Below are positions 1 to 9,500 of a DNA stretch of 46,805 nt, piece after piece (the first letter of the stretch is position 1; the number at the start of each line of letters is the position of its first letter). The position numbers and the translations under genes are program-made. The stretch comes from an uncultured Candidatus Saccharibacteria bacterium (lineage in GTDB: Bacteria; Patescibacteriota; Minisyncoccia; Phycocordibacterales; UBA9973): positions 1-46,805 of the forward strand of contig CAZHLG010000002.1 in the NCBI GenBank assembly GCA_964533145.1, given 5' to 3'. A model generated the notes under the pieces. It searched no databases. It worked only from the letters and a program-made list of their open reading frames with translations, and was not told where the DNA came from.

Positions 1-3000
1 AGACCGGACGGCCGAGCGCGTCGTATGCGGTCGTGGCATACAGCGCAGCCGTGCCCGTCGGAGCGGTGCGGGCAGAGCCGGCCGATGCGTATGGCAGGGA
101 TTGCTTCACAGCGCGTCCGAGCTGGTCGTAGACGGTGTCTGTCGCGTCGTAGCTGCCAGCCGTCTCACTTCCTGTGCGAGTCTGGATAGTGCGGCCGAAT
201 CCATCAAGATACTGATAACTGTCGACGGTACTGACAGAATCCAAATAATCAGTGCGGCGCACCGAGAACAATCCTACCGCGTCCGTGTAGGCATAGGCCG
301 TCTTAATCACCGGCGCATGCGTGCCGCCGCGATCGGGCTCGAGCTCTGCGAGCACGCGGCCGAGGCCGTCGTAAGTCGTCTTGTGCACAAAGAGGTTCGG
401 GTCAGTGGTATCGGACGGCTTGCCGTGCGCATAGTCGTACACGTAGCTCGTCGTCTGTCCGAGCGGGTTCGTCATGCTTGCCGGGTATAGATGATAGGCG
501 TCGGGAGCATAGGTCACAGTGTTTCCATTTGCGTCTTTGGATGAGGTCACGAATCCGTATGTGTCGTATGCCTTCTCGGTCGAGACATAAATCGTGCCGA
601 ATGCGAGTTCGCTCGTCTTGGTCGCATTGCCGAGCGAAACGGAGCCATGCGTGAGACCGTCGTAGTAGGTCTTAGTCTCGCGGACGGTAGCGCCTGACTG
701 GTCGGCAAGAATGTCGGTAGCTGCCGCGCCTCTGACAGCACTGCCACTCGTCGGGATCGCGTACGCGATAGTCTCAACGGACTTGTCCATGCCGGTATCG
801 GCAAAGGAGCCATCCGGGACAGCATTCACCTCTCCCCAATCGACGATCTTCGTCAGGTTTCCGTTTGCCGAATCATACTCGTATTCGCGGGCCATGTCTC
901 GGTGTGTGGCGTTGCCGTCGTAGTCGAGCATGGTCTCGCGTTCGAGCTGGACAAAATGGTGCCCGCCGCCGGCATCGTGATCAGCCCATTTGTTTGCGGT
1001 CAGTCGATACAGACTGCCTGAATCGTCGTATTCCTCGATGCGATATACCTTGCCGATCTTCCCGAATGTGTCGGCATATTCGCCTCGCGCAGCGTCGGTC
1101 GCGTTGCCCTGGTGATAGTAGGTCTTAGTCACGTTGCCGAGTGCGTCGGTCTTGGCGACGATCTGGAATCCAGCGAAGCGCCTGCCGTCGGCGAGCGAGC
1201 CGTAGTTCGCGCCGTGTTCGTACGAGTAGGTTTCGACGTATGGAAGGCCAATGTCCGGCGTGGTCGCGATCGACGAGACTGCATACCTCATTTCCGTGGC
1301 CGAATCGCTGCTCCCAGCCTTTTCGCGGAGCGGGATCTGCTTGTACGAGATGTCGGCCGAAATGCCGTTCTGTGCAATATGGCTCAGAAGGTCGCTCTTT
1401 TTTCCTGAGCTGACGGCGATGTTCGTGCCGTAATTGTTTCCGACTGTGCGCACGTAGTCAATGATGCCATCGTTGTTGATGTCGTACGGCCGGGTGTTGT
1501 CTCCGAGCGTGGACGAGAACTCCGAGCCCGATAAGGCGTACATGATCGTATCGTCAGGAATGTTGTCTCCGACGCTTATATAGACCATAGAATCCACCAT
1601 GTCCGGCAACCCGTCGGCATTGGCATCAATGACGCGCACCATGCCGTCACGCGTCTCGCCAGCGCCGAAGGCAGTGGTGACGAATCCGAAAGTGCGGCTC
1701 TCTCCGCTCGCGCCAAGGCCGCGCTCTGGGAAGATCCAGTCAGGCGAGGAGAAAGCTCCTTCGAGGCCTGTTCCAGTGTTTATGTAAAAAGCGCTCTCGT
1801 TCGTTCCTGCCGTCGGCGAGCCGCTCGGGCCGCGCAGGCTGTTTGCCTTGATGGCGTCCGGGAGGCCGTCCCCATTCACGTCCGCGAACTGAGTGTCGAT
1901 GTCTGGCGCATACGCCGGAATGACGATGCAGTCAGGCACCCATCCGGCGCCGGCATTCCTGAAGTAGAGCGAAAGTCCCGTCGGGCAGGTGACGGTCGGA
2001 AGCGAGGCCGCCCTATCCAGGATGTCCGGCAAGCTGTCACCGTTTATATCCACGAGGTCGGCGCCGTTGAAGTACGAGGCGAAGTTCGGCCTGTCGTACG
2101 GCGGCGTGGTCGTTGTGACGGGTAGCTGCCAAGAGGGGTCGATACTCCATCCCGAACCGGTGTTTATGAGCACGGCACTCATGCCCGCATAGCCGTAGTA
2201 GGCGCTCGAGCCGGTGGCGTAGACGATATCGGTCAGGCCGTCGCCGTTGACGTCGGCGAACTTGGTCGGGTTGCCGTCGAAGCCAAACGAAGATCCCAGA
2301 TACTGCTTGAAGCGTATGGCATTGCCGCCTCCGATAGCGGGCAGGGCGTACGCCGTACTCTCGGTCCAACCGGTGCCGTCCGCATTGTTCAGAAAGACGG
2401 CTGAGCGGCTCCAGTAGCATGAAGTTCCCGTCACTGCGTCCAGGCAGCCGTCGCTTGAGATCACATCCATGTATCCGTCGCCGTTGACGTCGACGAACCG
2501 GACGTTTCCGGTCTGGAGGGCGAACGTGTACGGCACGGAACTGGCGACATAAAGGAGCGGGAACGTGTAGGCCGTGTCACGAGTCCATCCGCCGGAGCCG
2601 TTGTTAATCCAGACTTGGAGCGGATACGAGTATCCGCCCGCGGAAGGCCCGCCGATCTCCCCGTTCGGACCGTTCGAGACTACGTCTTGCAGGCCGTCTC
2701 CGTTGACGTCCACGAGCGTGCCCCATGAGCGCGGCGAGAAAGAAATCGTGCGGCCAGCCAGGATCGAGGCCGTGTCTGTCGTGTCGAGGACAGGCAGGGG
2801 CCATCTGGTCGCGCTCGGCCCGCTGACAGACTGGTATGAGTACGTCGTCGGAGGCAGGGTCACGACGCTTCCGGACAGAGGGTCCCGGCCAGAATCCGTA
2901 ATGCTTGCGATGAGATATCGGGAATGGTTTGCGCCGAGCGCGTATGTAATGTCATTCCGGCGTGTCCAGGCGCCGCTCGTCTTGGTCTCGATGCGGTTGA

Positions 3001-3982
3001 TGCGGTAGTTCGTCGTCACCGGAAAGCCGGGCGTGTATATCGGGAAAGATGCCGGAGCTGACTCACGGATAAAGGCTACCTGATACAGCCCCGCATACGA
3101 AATCGTATCAGGGTATACCTGTCCGCTGTCTTTGAAATATGAGTATGAGATTGCGTTGCCGTTCGTATCGGTCATGCTCGAGAGATACCATCGGTAGACA
3201 TGGGTCGCATCGCTCGGATCGTCCATTCGTGAGGCCGCCGTGGCTCCGAAGGTGTACACGGTGCCGGATTTGTCGGTCATCGTCCACACGCCGCTTGAGA
3301 ACGAATATGCATGCGCGCTCCCCTCGTCGGTCTTGGCGGCATACTGGCTGCCGGAGAGGTATACGAGCGTGTCGTCGAAGGAGGAAGTGAATTCCGTGGC
3401 TGTTCCGGAATACATGGCGCCCAGGCCGTGCCTGTTGTCTCTTTCGATATATGGCACGGCGAGCCGCCAACCGTACCCAACGATGCTGTCTTGGCGCTGG
3501 TCGGAGCTGTCATACGTCAGCGAGACATCTGGCTTAACGCCGCCAAGTCCTGAAGGAAACTCAAGCGGATACGAGATGCGCAGGGTCCCGGTATTGCCGG
3601 CCACCGCAGCATTCAGATTGTTTTTGATGCTCTCTGTCTTATATGTCAGATGCTGATCCCCCGTATCGAGACCTCCTGAGGAAAGCGGCATCGGAATCGA
3701 GCCTCCCTCTTCCTCAGGCTCCACTGCAAGCGGCGGCAGGCGTCCGAAACGGTCGGCGTCGCGAGGATCAGGAAGCGCGCCCTCAGAGGCAGACTCTAAT
3801 CCTTCTTCGTACGGCGATTTTGCGGGCAAGGCCTCCGAGCGCTTGCTGTCGAAATACGCGTCGCTCTCGGCGCGGCTGCCTTCGGGTAAGCCTTCGGCCA
3901 AGACAGACGCGAGCGGCGCTCCGAGCATGGAGAGTATTATGAGAAAAACTGCGGGAATTCTTGCAGCAGAAGATACGGTCAT
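1..3982 (-). CDS. Secreted Tc-toxin (TcB/TcC)-like Rhs-family protein, N-terminal 1327 aa only; the 3' end lies beyond the window start
   Basis: Absent from the ORF track because this minus frame is open from ATG 3980-3982 to the window edge with no stop; an in-frame TAA lies 21 nt upstream of the ATG. Hand translation: MTVSSAARIPAVFLIILSMLGAPLASVLAEG (signal-peptide-like). Then LRISYPLEFPSGLGGVKPDVSLTYDSSDQRQDSIVGYGWRLAVPYIERD (SpvB/TcdB N-terminal signature). Then repeated FG-GAP/VCBS motifs (LVDVNGDGLQDVV, FVDVNGDGYMDVI, FADVNGDGLTDIV, FADVNGDGLPDAI). Then YD/RHS repeats (YEYDSANGNLTKIVDWG, TTYDGLGRVLAE, YQYLDGFGRTIQT). Confidence 0.8.
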   Translation of the reverse strand, partial: MTVSSAARIPAVFLIILSMLGAPLASVLAEGLPEGSRAESDAYFDSKRSEALPAKSPYEEGLESASEGALPDPRDADRFGRLPPLAVEPEEEGGSIPMPLSSGGLDTGDQHLTYKTESIKNNLNAAVAGNTGTLRISYPLEFPSGLGGVKPDVSLTYDSSDQRQDSIVGYGWRLAVPYIERDNRHGLGAMYSGTATEFTSSFDDTLVYLSGSQYAAKTDEGSAHAYSFSSGVWTMTDKSGTVYTFGATAASRMDDPSDATHVYRWYLSSMTDTNGNAISYSYFKDSGQVYPDTISYAGLYQVAFIRESAPASFPIYTPGFPVTTNYRINRIETKTSGAWTRRNDITYALGANHSRYLIASITDSGRDPLSGSVVTLPPTTYSYQSVSGPSATRWPLPVLDTTDTASILAGRTISFSPRSWGTLVDVNGDGLQDVVSNGPNGEIGGPSAGGYSYPLQVWINNGSGGWTRDTAYTFPLLYVASSVPYTFALQTGNVRFVDVNGDGYMDVISSDGCLDAVTGTSCYWSRSAVFLNNADGTGWTESTAYALPAIGGGNAIRFKQYLGSSFGFDGNPTKFADVNGDGLTDIVYATGSSAYYGYAGMSAVLINTGSGWSIDPSWQLPVTTTTPPYDRPNFASYFNGADLVDINGDSLPDILDRAASLPTVTCPTGLSLYFRNAGAGWVPDCIVIPAYAPDIDTQFADVNGDGLPDAIKANSLRGPSGSPTAGTNESAFYINTGTGLEGAFSSPDWIFPERGLGASGESRTFGFVTTAFGAGETRDGMVRVIDANADGLPDMVDSMVYISVGDNIPDDTIMYALSGSEFSSTLGDNTRPYDINNDGIIDYVRTVGNNYGTNIAVSSGKKSDLLSHIAQNGISADISYKQIPLREKAGSSDSATEMRYAVSSIATTPDIGLPYVETYSYEHGANYGSLADGRRFAGFQIVAKTDALGNVTKTYYHQGNATDAARGEYADTFGKIGKVYRIEEYDDSGSLYRLTANKWADHDAGGGHHFVQLERETMLDYDGNATHRDMAREYEYDSANGNLTKIVDWGEVNAVPDGSFADTGMDKSVETIAYAIPTSGSAVRGAAATDILADQSGATVRETKTYYDGLTHGSVSLGNATKTSELAFGTIYVSTEKAYDTYGFVTSSKDANGNTVTYAPDAYHLYPASMTNPLGQTTSYVYDYAHGKPSDTTDPNLFVHKTTYDGLGRVLAELEPDRGGTHAPVIKTAYAYTDAVGLFSVRRTDYLDSVSTVDSYQYLDGFGRTIQTRTGSETAGSYDATDTVYDQLGRAVKQSLPYASAGSARTAPTGTAALYATTAYDALGRPV

Positions 3983-4320
3983 AAAATATGATGTGATTAA
4001 GACTTATAAGAAAAATTCGCTTACCGCGGCAGTATCGCACCAATCAGTTCGGGGCCTTTAAAATAGAGCTTTTTAGTATACACTCTTAATTACAACCAGA
4101 ACAAGCTCGAAATCGATAGCCTGTGAGCAATCTTTTTTCTGCACCCTGAAAAAACCTCGCTCCAACCTGACAAGATTGGCGCATCCGCACAAAAGCCCTC
4201 CGGTCTGTCTTCTTCAAAAACACCTGGAAAAATTTTATCAAAAGCACCCGCTCTTCCTTGGCACACAAATACCCAGCGATACGTATCGATCAATGAGCAG
4301 CTATATCATACACGGCATTA

Positions 4321-4349
4321 TTGAACGTTAAAATTTTTTATTGTATAAT
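4321..4349 (+). promoter_or_regulatory. Sigma70-type promoter upstream of recG
   Basis: TTGAAC (4321-4326), 17-nt spacer, TATAAT (4344-4349), in an AT-rich divergent intergenic region about 30 nt before the recG ORF. Confidence 0.5.
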
Positions 4350-4382
4350 ATTTTACATATAAAGTCAGTGTTCAGAAAATGA

Positions 4383-6575
4383 TTGTCCGTATGGGATAAT
4401 CAGGCGCATATGCATCCCGCCGACGATCTCTCCAAACATTTCCGCATGCAGGAACCGCAAAAGGCGGGACTGGCGCGCCTTGGCCTGCGCACGGTGCGCG
4501 ACCTGCTGTACTACTTCCCTGTCCGCTACTCGAACGTCTCGGAGATCAAGCTCGTCCGTGACGCTGCTGCCGGCGACACCGTCACGCTCTACGGCCGCAT
4601 CGGCAAACTCAAGGCGCGCAAAGCGTTCACGACAGGCCGCGCCATGGGCGAGGCGGAGCTCGAAGACAGCTCGGGCACGATCCCTGTCGTATGGTTCAAC
4701 CAGGCATACATGGCCAAGATGGTCCGCGACGGCGACATGGTCGAGCTGTCGGGCAAGATCGCCGAAGGCAAGAACGGCCTCTTTTTGTCGAACCCGGAGC
4801 TCAAAGAGAAGAATGCGCTGCCGATCGACACGCACGGCTCGCTCTTCGGCCAAGGCGCCGAGGCGGCCGAAGTGTACGGTTTCCCGATCTACCGCGAAAC
4901 GCGCGGCGTGACCAGCCGCTTCATCTACCACAAGATCCAGGAGATCCTCAAGGCCGGCGTCGTGCAAGACATGCACGACTACCTGCCTGCGGACATGCTC
5001 AAACGGTACAATCTGCCGAAACTCTCGACCGCGCTCGTCTGGATGCACTCCCCCATGACCGAGAACGACGCACAGGCCGCACGCAAGCGTTTTTCGTTCG
5101 AAGAAGTGTTCTTCATCCAGCTCGCCCGCAAGATCGAGCGCGAGAATTATCTCGAGAACAAATCATATCCGGTCAAGGACGATCCGGCCGACATCGCCGA
5201 TTTCACCGGACGTTTTCCATTCGAACAGACAGACGCGCAGAAACGCGCCATCAGGACGATGCTCGCCGACATGAGCAAGCAGCATCCCATGGCCCGTCTC
5301 CTTGAAGGAGACGTGGGGTCGGGCAAGACAGCCGTGGCCGCCACGCTCGCCTATGCCGCCATCAAGACCCGTCCGGACGGCAAGAGTTTCGGCAACCTGC
5401 AGGTCGCATACATGGCACCGACGGAGATCCTCGCCACGCAGCATTTCGAGAATTTCATCCAGTACTTCAAGCACACGGGCATCTCGGTAGGGCTCATCAC
5501 CGGCAGCGGCTGCCGCAAATTCCCGACCAAGGTCGCAAGCTCCCGCGAGCCCTGGACGAACATTTCGCGCGCGCAGCTCCTCAAATGGGTCGCGAACGGC
5601 GAAATCCCGATCCTCATCGGCACGCACGCCCTCATACAAAAAAGCGTGCGGTTCAAACACCTCGCGCTCGCCATCATCGACGAGCAGCACCGCTTCGGCA
5701 CGATGCAGCGCAAAAAGCTCGTCACGAAGGAAGGCTTCGCGCCGCACCTGCTCTCCATGACGGCAACGCCCATCCCCCGCACGCTCGCCCTCACGATATA
5801 CGGAGACCTCGACCTGTCCGTCCTCGACCAGATGCCGGCGGGACGCAAGCCGATCGTCACGGAGATCGTCCTGCCCGCGAAACGCGACGAAACGTACGCG
5901 GCGATCCGCGCCGAGATGCGCGCCGGCCGGCAGCTCTACGTGATCTGTCCGCGCATCGACGAACCTGACCCGGAAAAAGAGCTCGCCGTGCAAGCGCGCT
6001 CCGTGACCGCCGAAGCGAAGCACCTGCAGAATGTCTTCCCCGAATATTCCGTCGGTATCCTGCACTCGAAGATGACGCCGAAGAAAAAAGACGAGGTCAT
6101 GGAGGCATTCGCGAGGCACGACATCGACATCCTGTGCGCCACGAGCGTGGTCGAAGTCGGCGTGAACGTACCCAACGCGACGATCATCGTGATCGAAGGC
6201 GCCGAACGCTTCGGTCTGTCGCAGCTGCACCAGCTGCGCGGCCGCGTCATCCGCGGCACGCACCAGGCCTACTGCTATCTCTTCGCCGAAACGAAGTCAG
6301 ACAAGACCGCCGAACGCCTCAAGGCGCTCAAGACGGCCAAGAACGGCTTCGAGCTCTCCGAACTCGACCTTGCCCTGCGCGGCGCGGGCGAGCTCGGCGG
6401 CACCCGCCAGTGGGGCATCACCGACATCGGCATGGAGGCAATCAAGAACATCAGGATGGTCGAAGCGGCCCGCGCCGAAGCGGCTGCCGTCGTGTCGGCA
6501 GACCCGTCTCTGGCAGACCATCCGGTAATGAAAACAATCCTCGAAGCAAAGAGCCTTGAGCTCCATTTTGAATAA
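4383..6575 (+). CDS. recG: ATP-dependent DNA helicase RecG
   Basis: 730-aa ORF. N-terminal LARLGLRTVRDLLYYFPVRY and wedge/OB region; Walker A GDVGSGKT; DEQH box IIDEQHRFG; TATPIPRTL; QLHQLRGRVIRG. The ORF opens with TTG at 4383; the true start could be ATG 4410 or the later MQEPQ. Confidence 0.9.
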   Translation: MSVWDNQAHMHPADDLSKHFRMQEPQKAGLARLGLRTVRDLLYYFPVRYSNVSEIKLVRDAAAGDTVTLYGRIGKLKARKAFTTGRAMGEAELEDSSGTIPVVWFNQAYMAKMVRDGDMVELSGKIAEGKNGLFLSNPELKEKNALPIDTHGSLFGQGAEAAEVYGFPIYRETRGVTSRFIYHKIQEILKAGVVQDMHDYLPADMLKRYNLPKLSTALVWMHSPMTENDAQAARKRFSFEEVFFIQLARKIERENYLENKSYPVKDDPADIADFTGRFPFEQTDAQKRAIRTMLADMSKQHPMARLLEGDVGSGKTAVAATLAYAAIKTRPDGKSFGNLQVAYMAPTEILATQHFENFIQYFKHTGISVGLITGSGCRKFPTKVASSREPWTNISRAQLLKWVANGEIPILIGTHALIQKSVRFKHLALAIIDEQHRFGTMQRKKLVTKEGFAPHLLSMTATPIPRTLALTIYGDLDLSVLDQMPAGRKPIVTEIVLPAKRDETYAAIRAEMRAGRQLYVICPRIDEPDPEKELAVQARSVTAEAKHLQNVFPEYSVGILHSKMTPKKKDEVMEAFARHDIDILCATSVVEVGVNVPNATIIVIEGAERFGLSQLHQLRGRVIRGTHQAYCYLFAETKSDKTAERLKALKTAKNGFELSELDLALRGAGELGGTRQWGITDIGMEAIKNIRMVEAARAEAAAVVSADPSLADHPVMKTILEAKSLELHFE

Positions 6576-6595
6576 TCGCGCGAACAGAATATGCG

Positions 6596-9500
6596 TTAGT
6601 TAGCGCAACCGAGGATCGCGTTGGCCTTGGCGCGAGTGTACCCATAGATCGTACCCGTCGCGTTCTTAAGGCCGCCCGGAGTCAGGACCTCTGCCTTATA
6701 TTTCGTCTGAAACTGGCGCGTCGCGGCCATCGTCAGCGGTCCGAAGTATCCCGTGACAGGAAGCTTGGTCCCGAGTTCCTGGTTGTAGAATGCCTGCCAC
6801 TGCTTCACCTCATCGATGTTGTTACTCTTCGCAGCAGAGACGAAGTTACTCACGAACGCAGGGCATTTCTTTACGGACTGATCGACGGGAGATACGTATG
6901 TCGTACCGGGCTGGCCGCCGGACTGCGACGGCTTCGCCGCCGCCTGCTGCTGTGCAGCCTGCAAGGCAAGAATGTAGTTGACCGATGTGCGGCGCGTCGT
7001 GGTCGTCGGAGCCGGTGCCGGTGCGTCAACCGGCGTTGCCGTTGCGGTGGACGAGGCGCTGCCCGAGCCGTTGATGTTCACCGCCGTCACGCGAAAGTCG
7101 TAAGAAGAATCATTCGTCAGACCGGTCACGACAGCGCTCACCGCTGCGGACGTACCGTCAGCGAAGGTAGTCCAGACGGAATCGGCGGACAGCTTGTATT
7201 CGATCAGGTAATCGGTGATGGCAGAGCCGCCGCTCGAAGCAGCAGTCCACGAGAGCGTGACCTGCTCGTCGCCAGCCGTTGCGGCAAGGCCGCTCGGCGT
7301 TCCCGGAGTGGTGGACGGCGTTGCCGTTGCGGTGGACGAGGCGCTGCCCGTACCGACGCCGTTCACCGCCGACACGCGGAAGTTGTAGCTTGATCCGTTC
7401 GAAAGACCGGTCACCGTCGTCGAGGTTGATGTCGACGTGCCGTCGGAGAACGTGGTCCAAGAAGAATCGGTCGAGAGTTTGTATTCGACGATGTAATCGG
7501 TGATGGCATCGCCGCCGTCAGAAACAGGCGCGCCCCAGGAGAGTCCGACCTGTCCATTGCCGGCCGTCGCCGAAAGCCCTGTCGGAGCGGACGGGACTGC
7601 AAGCGGCGTATCCGTCGCCGGCGAAGAGGCGGTGCTCGTACCGGCTCCGTTCACTGCATACACGCGGAAATCGTAGGATGAACCGTTGGTAAGCCCGGTC
7701 ACCGTGGCCGAGGTCGAAGTCGACGTGCCGTCGGAGAACGTAGTCCATGAAGAGTCGGCGTGCAGTTTGTATTCGATCACATAGTCGGTGATGGCAGAGC
7801 CGCCGTTAGAGACAGGCGCAGTCCAGGCAAGAGCGACCTGCGAATCGCCGGCAGTCGTACCGAGGCTCGTCGGCGCTCCCGGGGTCGTGCGCGGTGTCGC
7901 CGATTCGGTACTCGAGACCGTTCCGGTGCCGACACCGTTCACGGCGGACACGCGGAAATCGTACGCTGTGCCGTTTGAGAGACTTGTCACTGTCGCACCG
8001 GTCGCCGTCGAGGTGCCATCGGAGAACGTGCTCCAGGATGTCGCCACTGATGTCTTATATTCAACGACGTAGTCAGTGATGGCATCGCCGCCGTCAGAAA
8101 GCGGTCCCAGCCACGTCAGGACCACTTGCGTATTGCCCGGCGTTACGGAAAGGCTGATCGGTTCGTCCGGCGTGGTCGCCGGAGTGCCGGTCGTCGAGCT
8201 TGATCCGCTGCTCGTGCCGATGTCGTTCACGGCATATACGATAAACGTATACTCAACGCCGTTCGTAAGACCGGTGATCGTCGCCGAGGTCGCGACCGAA
8301 ATGCCGTCGGAATATATCGTGAAGTATGTCGCCGGCGCGACCTGATACTGGATGACATAGTCGGTGATCGCGCTGCCGTTGGCTGCGGGAGCCGTCCATG
8401 AGAGCGTGATCTGCATGTTGCCGGACACGGCAGCAAGGCTGGTCGGCGCATCCGGCACCCCGGACGTGGTCGCGTTCGCAGTGCTCGACGCGCTCGATGT
8501 GCCCGAGGCGTTCACTGCGTACACCCGGAAGTTGTATGCTGTGTTGTTCGAAAGCCCCGTCACGATCGCATTGGTCGAAGTCGATGTGCCGTCGGAGAAC
8601 GTGGTCCACGTCGAATCCGTCGAAAGCTTGTACTCAATCACGTAGTCGGTGATCGGCGACCCCCCGTCGGACGGTGCCGTCCAAGAAAGCGATGCCTGCG
8701 CGTTGCCGCCGGTCGCGGAAAGACTGGTCGGTGCGTTCGGAGCGCCGCCCGGCGTCGAATACGCAACGGCGGACGGGTTACTGCGCCCCACGGAGTTCAC
8801 CGCGGAAACGCGGAATGCATACAAGGTTCCGTTGGAAAGACCGGTCACTGTTGCGGATGTCGCCGTCGATGTGCCGTCGGAGAACGTGGTCCAGGAAGTG
8901 GCAGTACCAGTCTTGTACTCAACGATGTAGTCAGAGAGCGAATCGCCGCCATCGACCTCCGGCTCGAGCCACACAAGCGTAGCCTGCGTGCTTGCGGGGG
9001 TGACGGCAAGGCTCGTCGGAGCGTTCGGGTACGTCGTCTCAGTGATTTCCTCGTCGAAGCTCACGCTCCAGTCGTACAGCGCGATGCCGGTACCGTCAGA
9101 CGACGGCGAAGTCGAGGTGTCCGTGTCGCGAATGTTGCCGCCAACGGCCGTAGAGTCAGTCGGATCGCCGCAGGCCGCGTACGCAGCATCGTCCGGGTGG
9201 TACGAGCAGGTCCATGCATACCGAATACGCGGGTCTGTTCCGTCAGGAACGCCGGAGAGCGTGATCGCCACTTTTTTATTGGAATCGGTCAGGTTGACGC
9301 TCGTGATGGAAATCGCACTGCCGCCCGTCTGCGTGAACTCAAAGCCCTTGTTCGTGTGCGAAGCGACGTTCGTCGTATCGACAGCAAGCGTGCCGTACGG
9401 GATATGGTAGTCGACAAGGACGGTCGTACCTGAGCGCGTCACAGACACCGGCATAAGCGGATCCCACGTAGCGCCGTCGAGCAGCACTTTTTTCATGACC

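Noticed and set aside
3983-4320. Short minus-strand ORFs (4086..4268, 4090..4293) and possible promoter motifs upstream of the Rhs-like gene
   Set aside because: The ORFs overlap each other in different frames within an AT-rich intergenic region and show no protein-like features. I could not find a -35/-10 pair with acceptable spacing.
7788-8930. Four consecutive ~89-94-aa plus-strand ORFs with regular ~285-bp spacing (possible gene family or CRISPR-like periodicity)
   Set aside because: The periodicity is the shadow of the tandem Fn3 coding repeats on the minus strand. The units are contiguous and diverged, with no short direct repeats or unique spacers, so this is not a CRISPR array and not independent genes.
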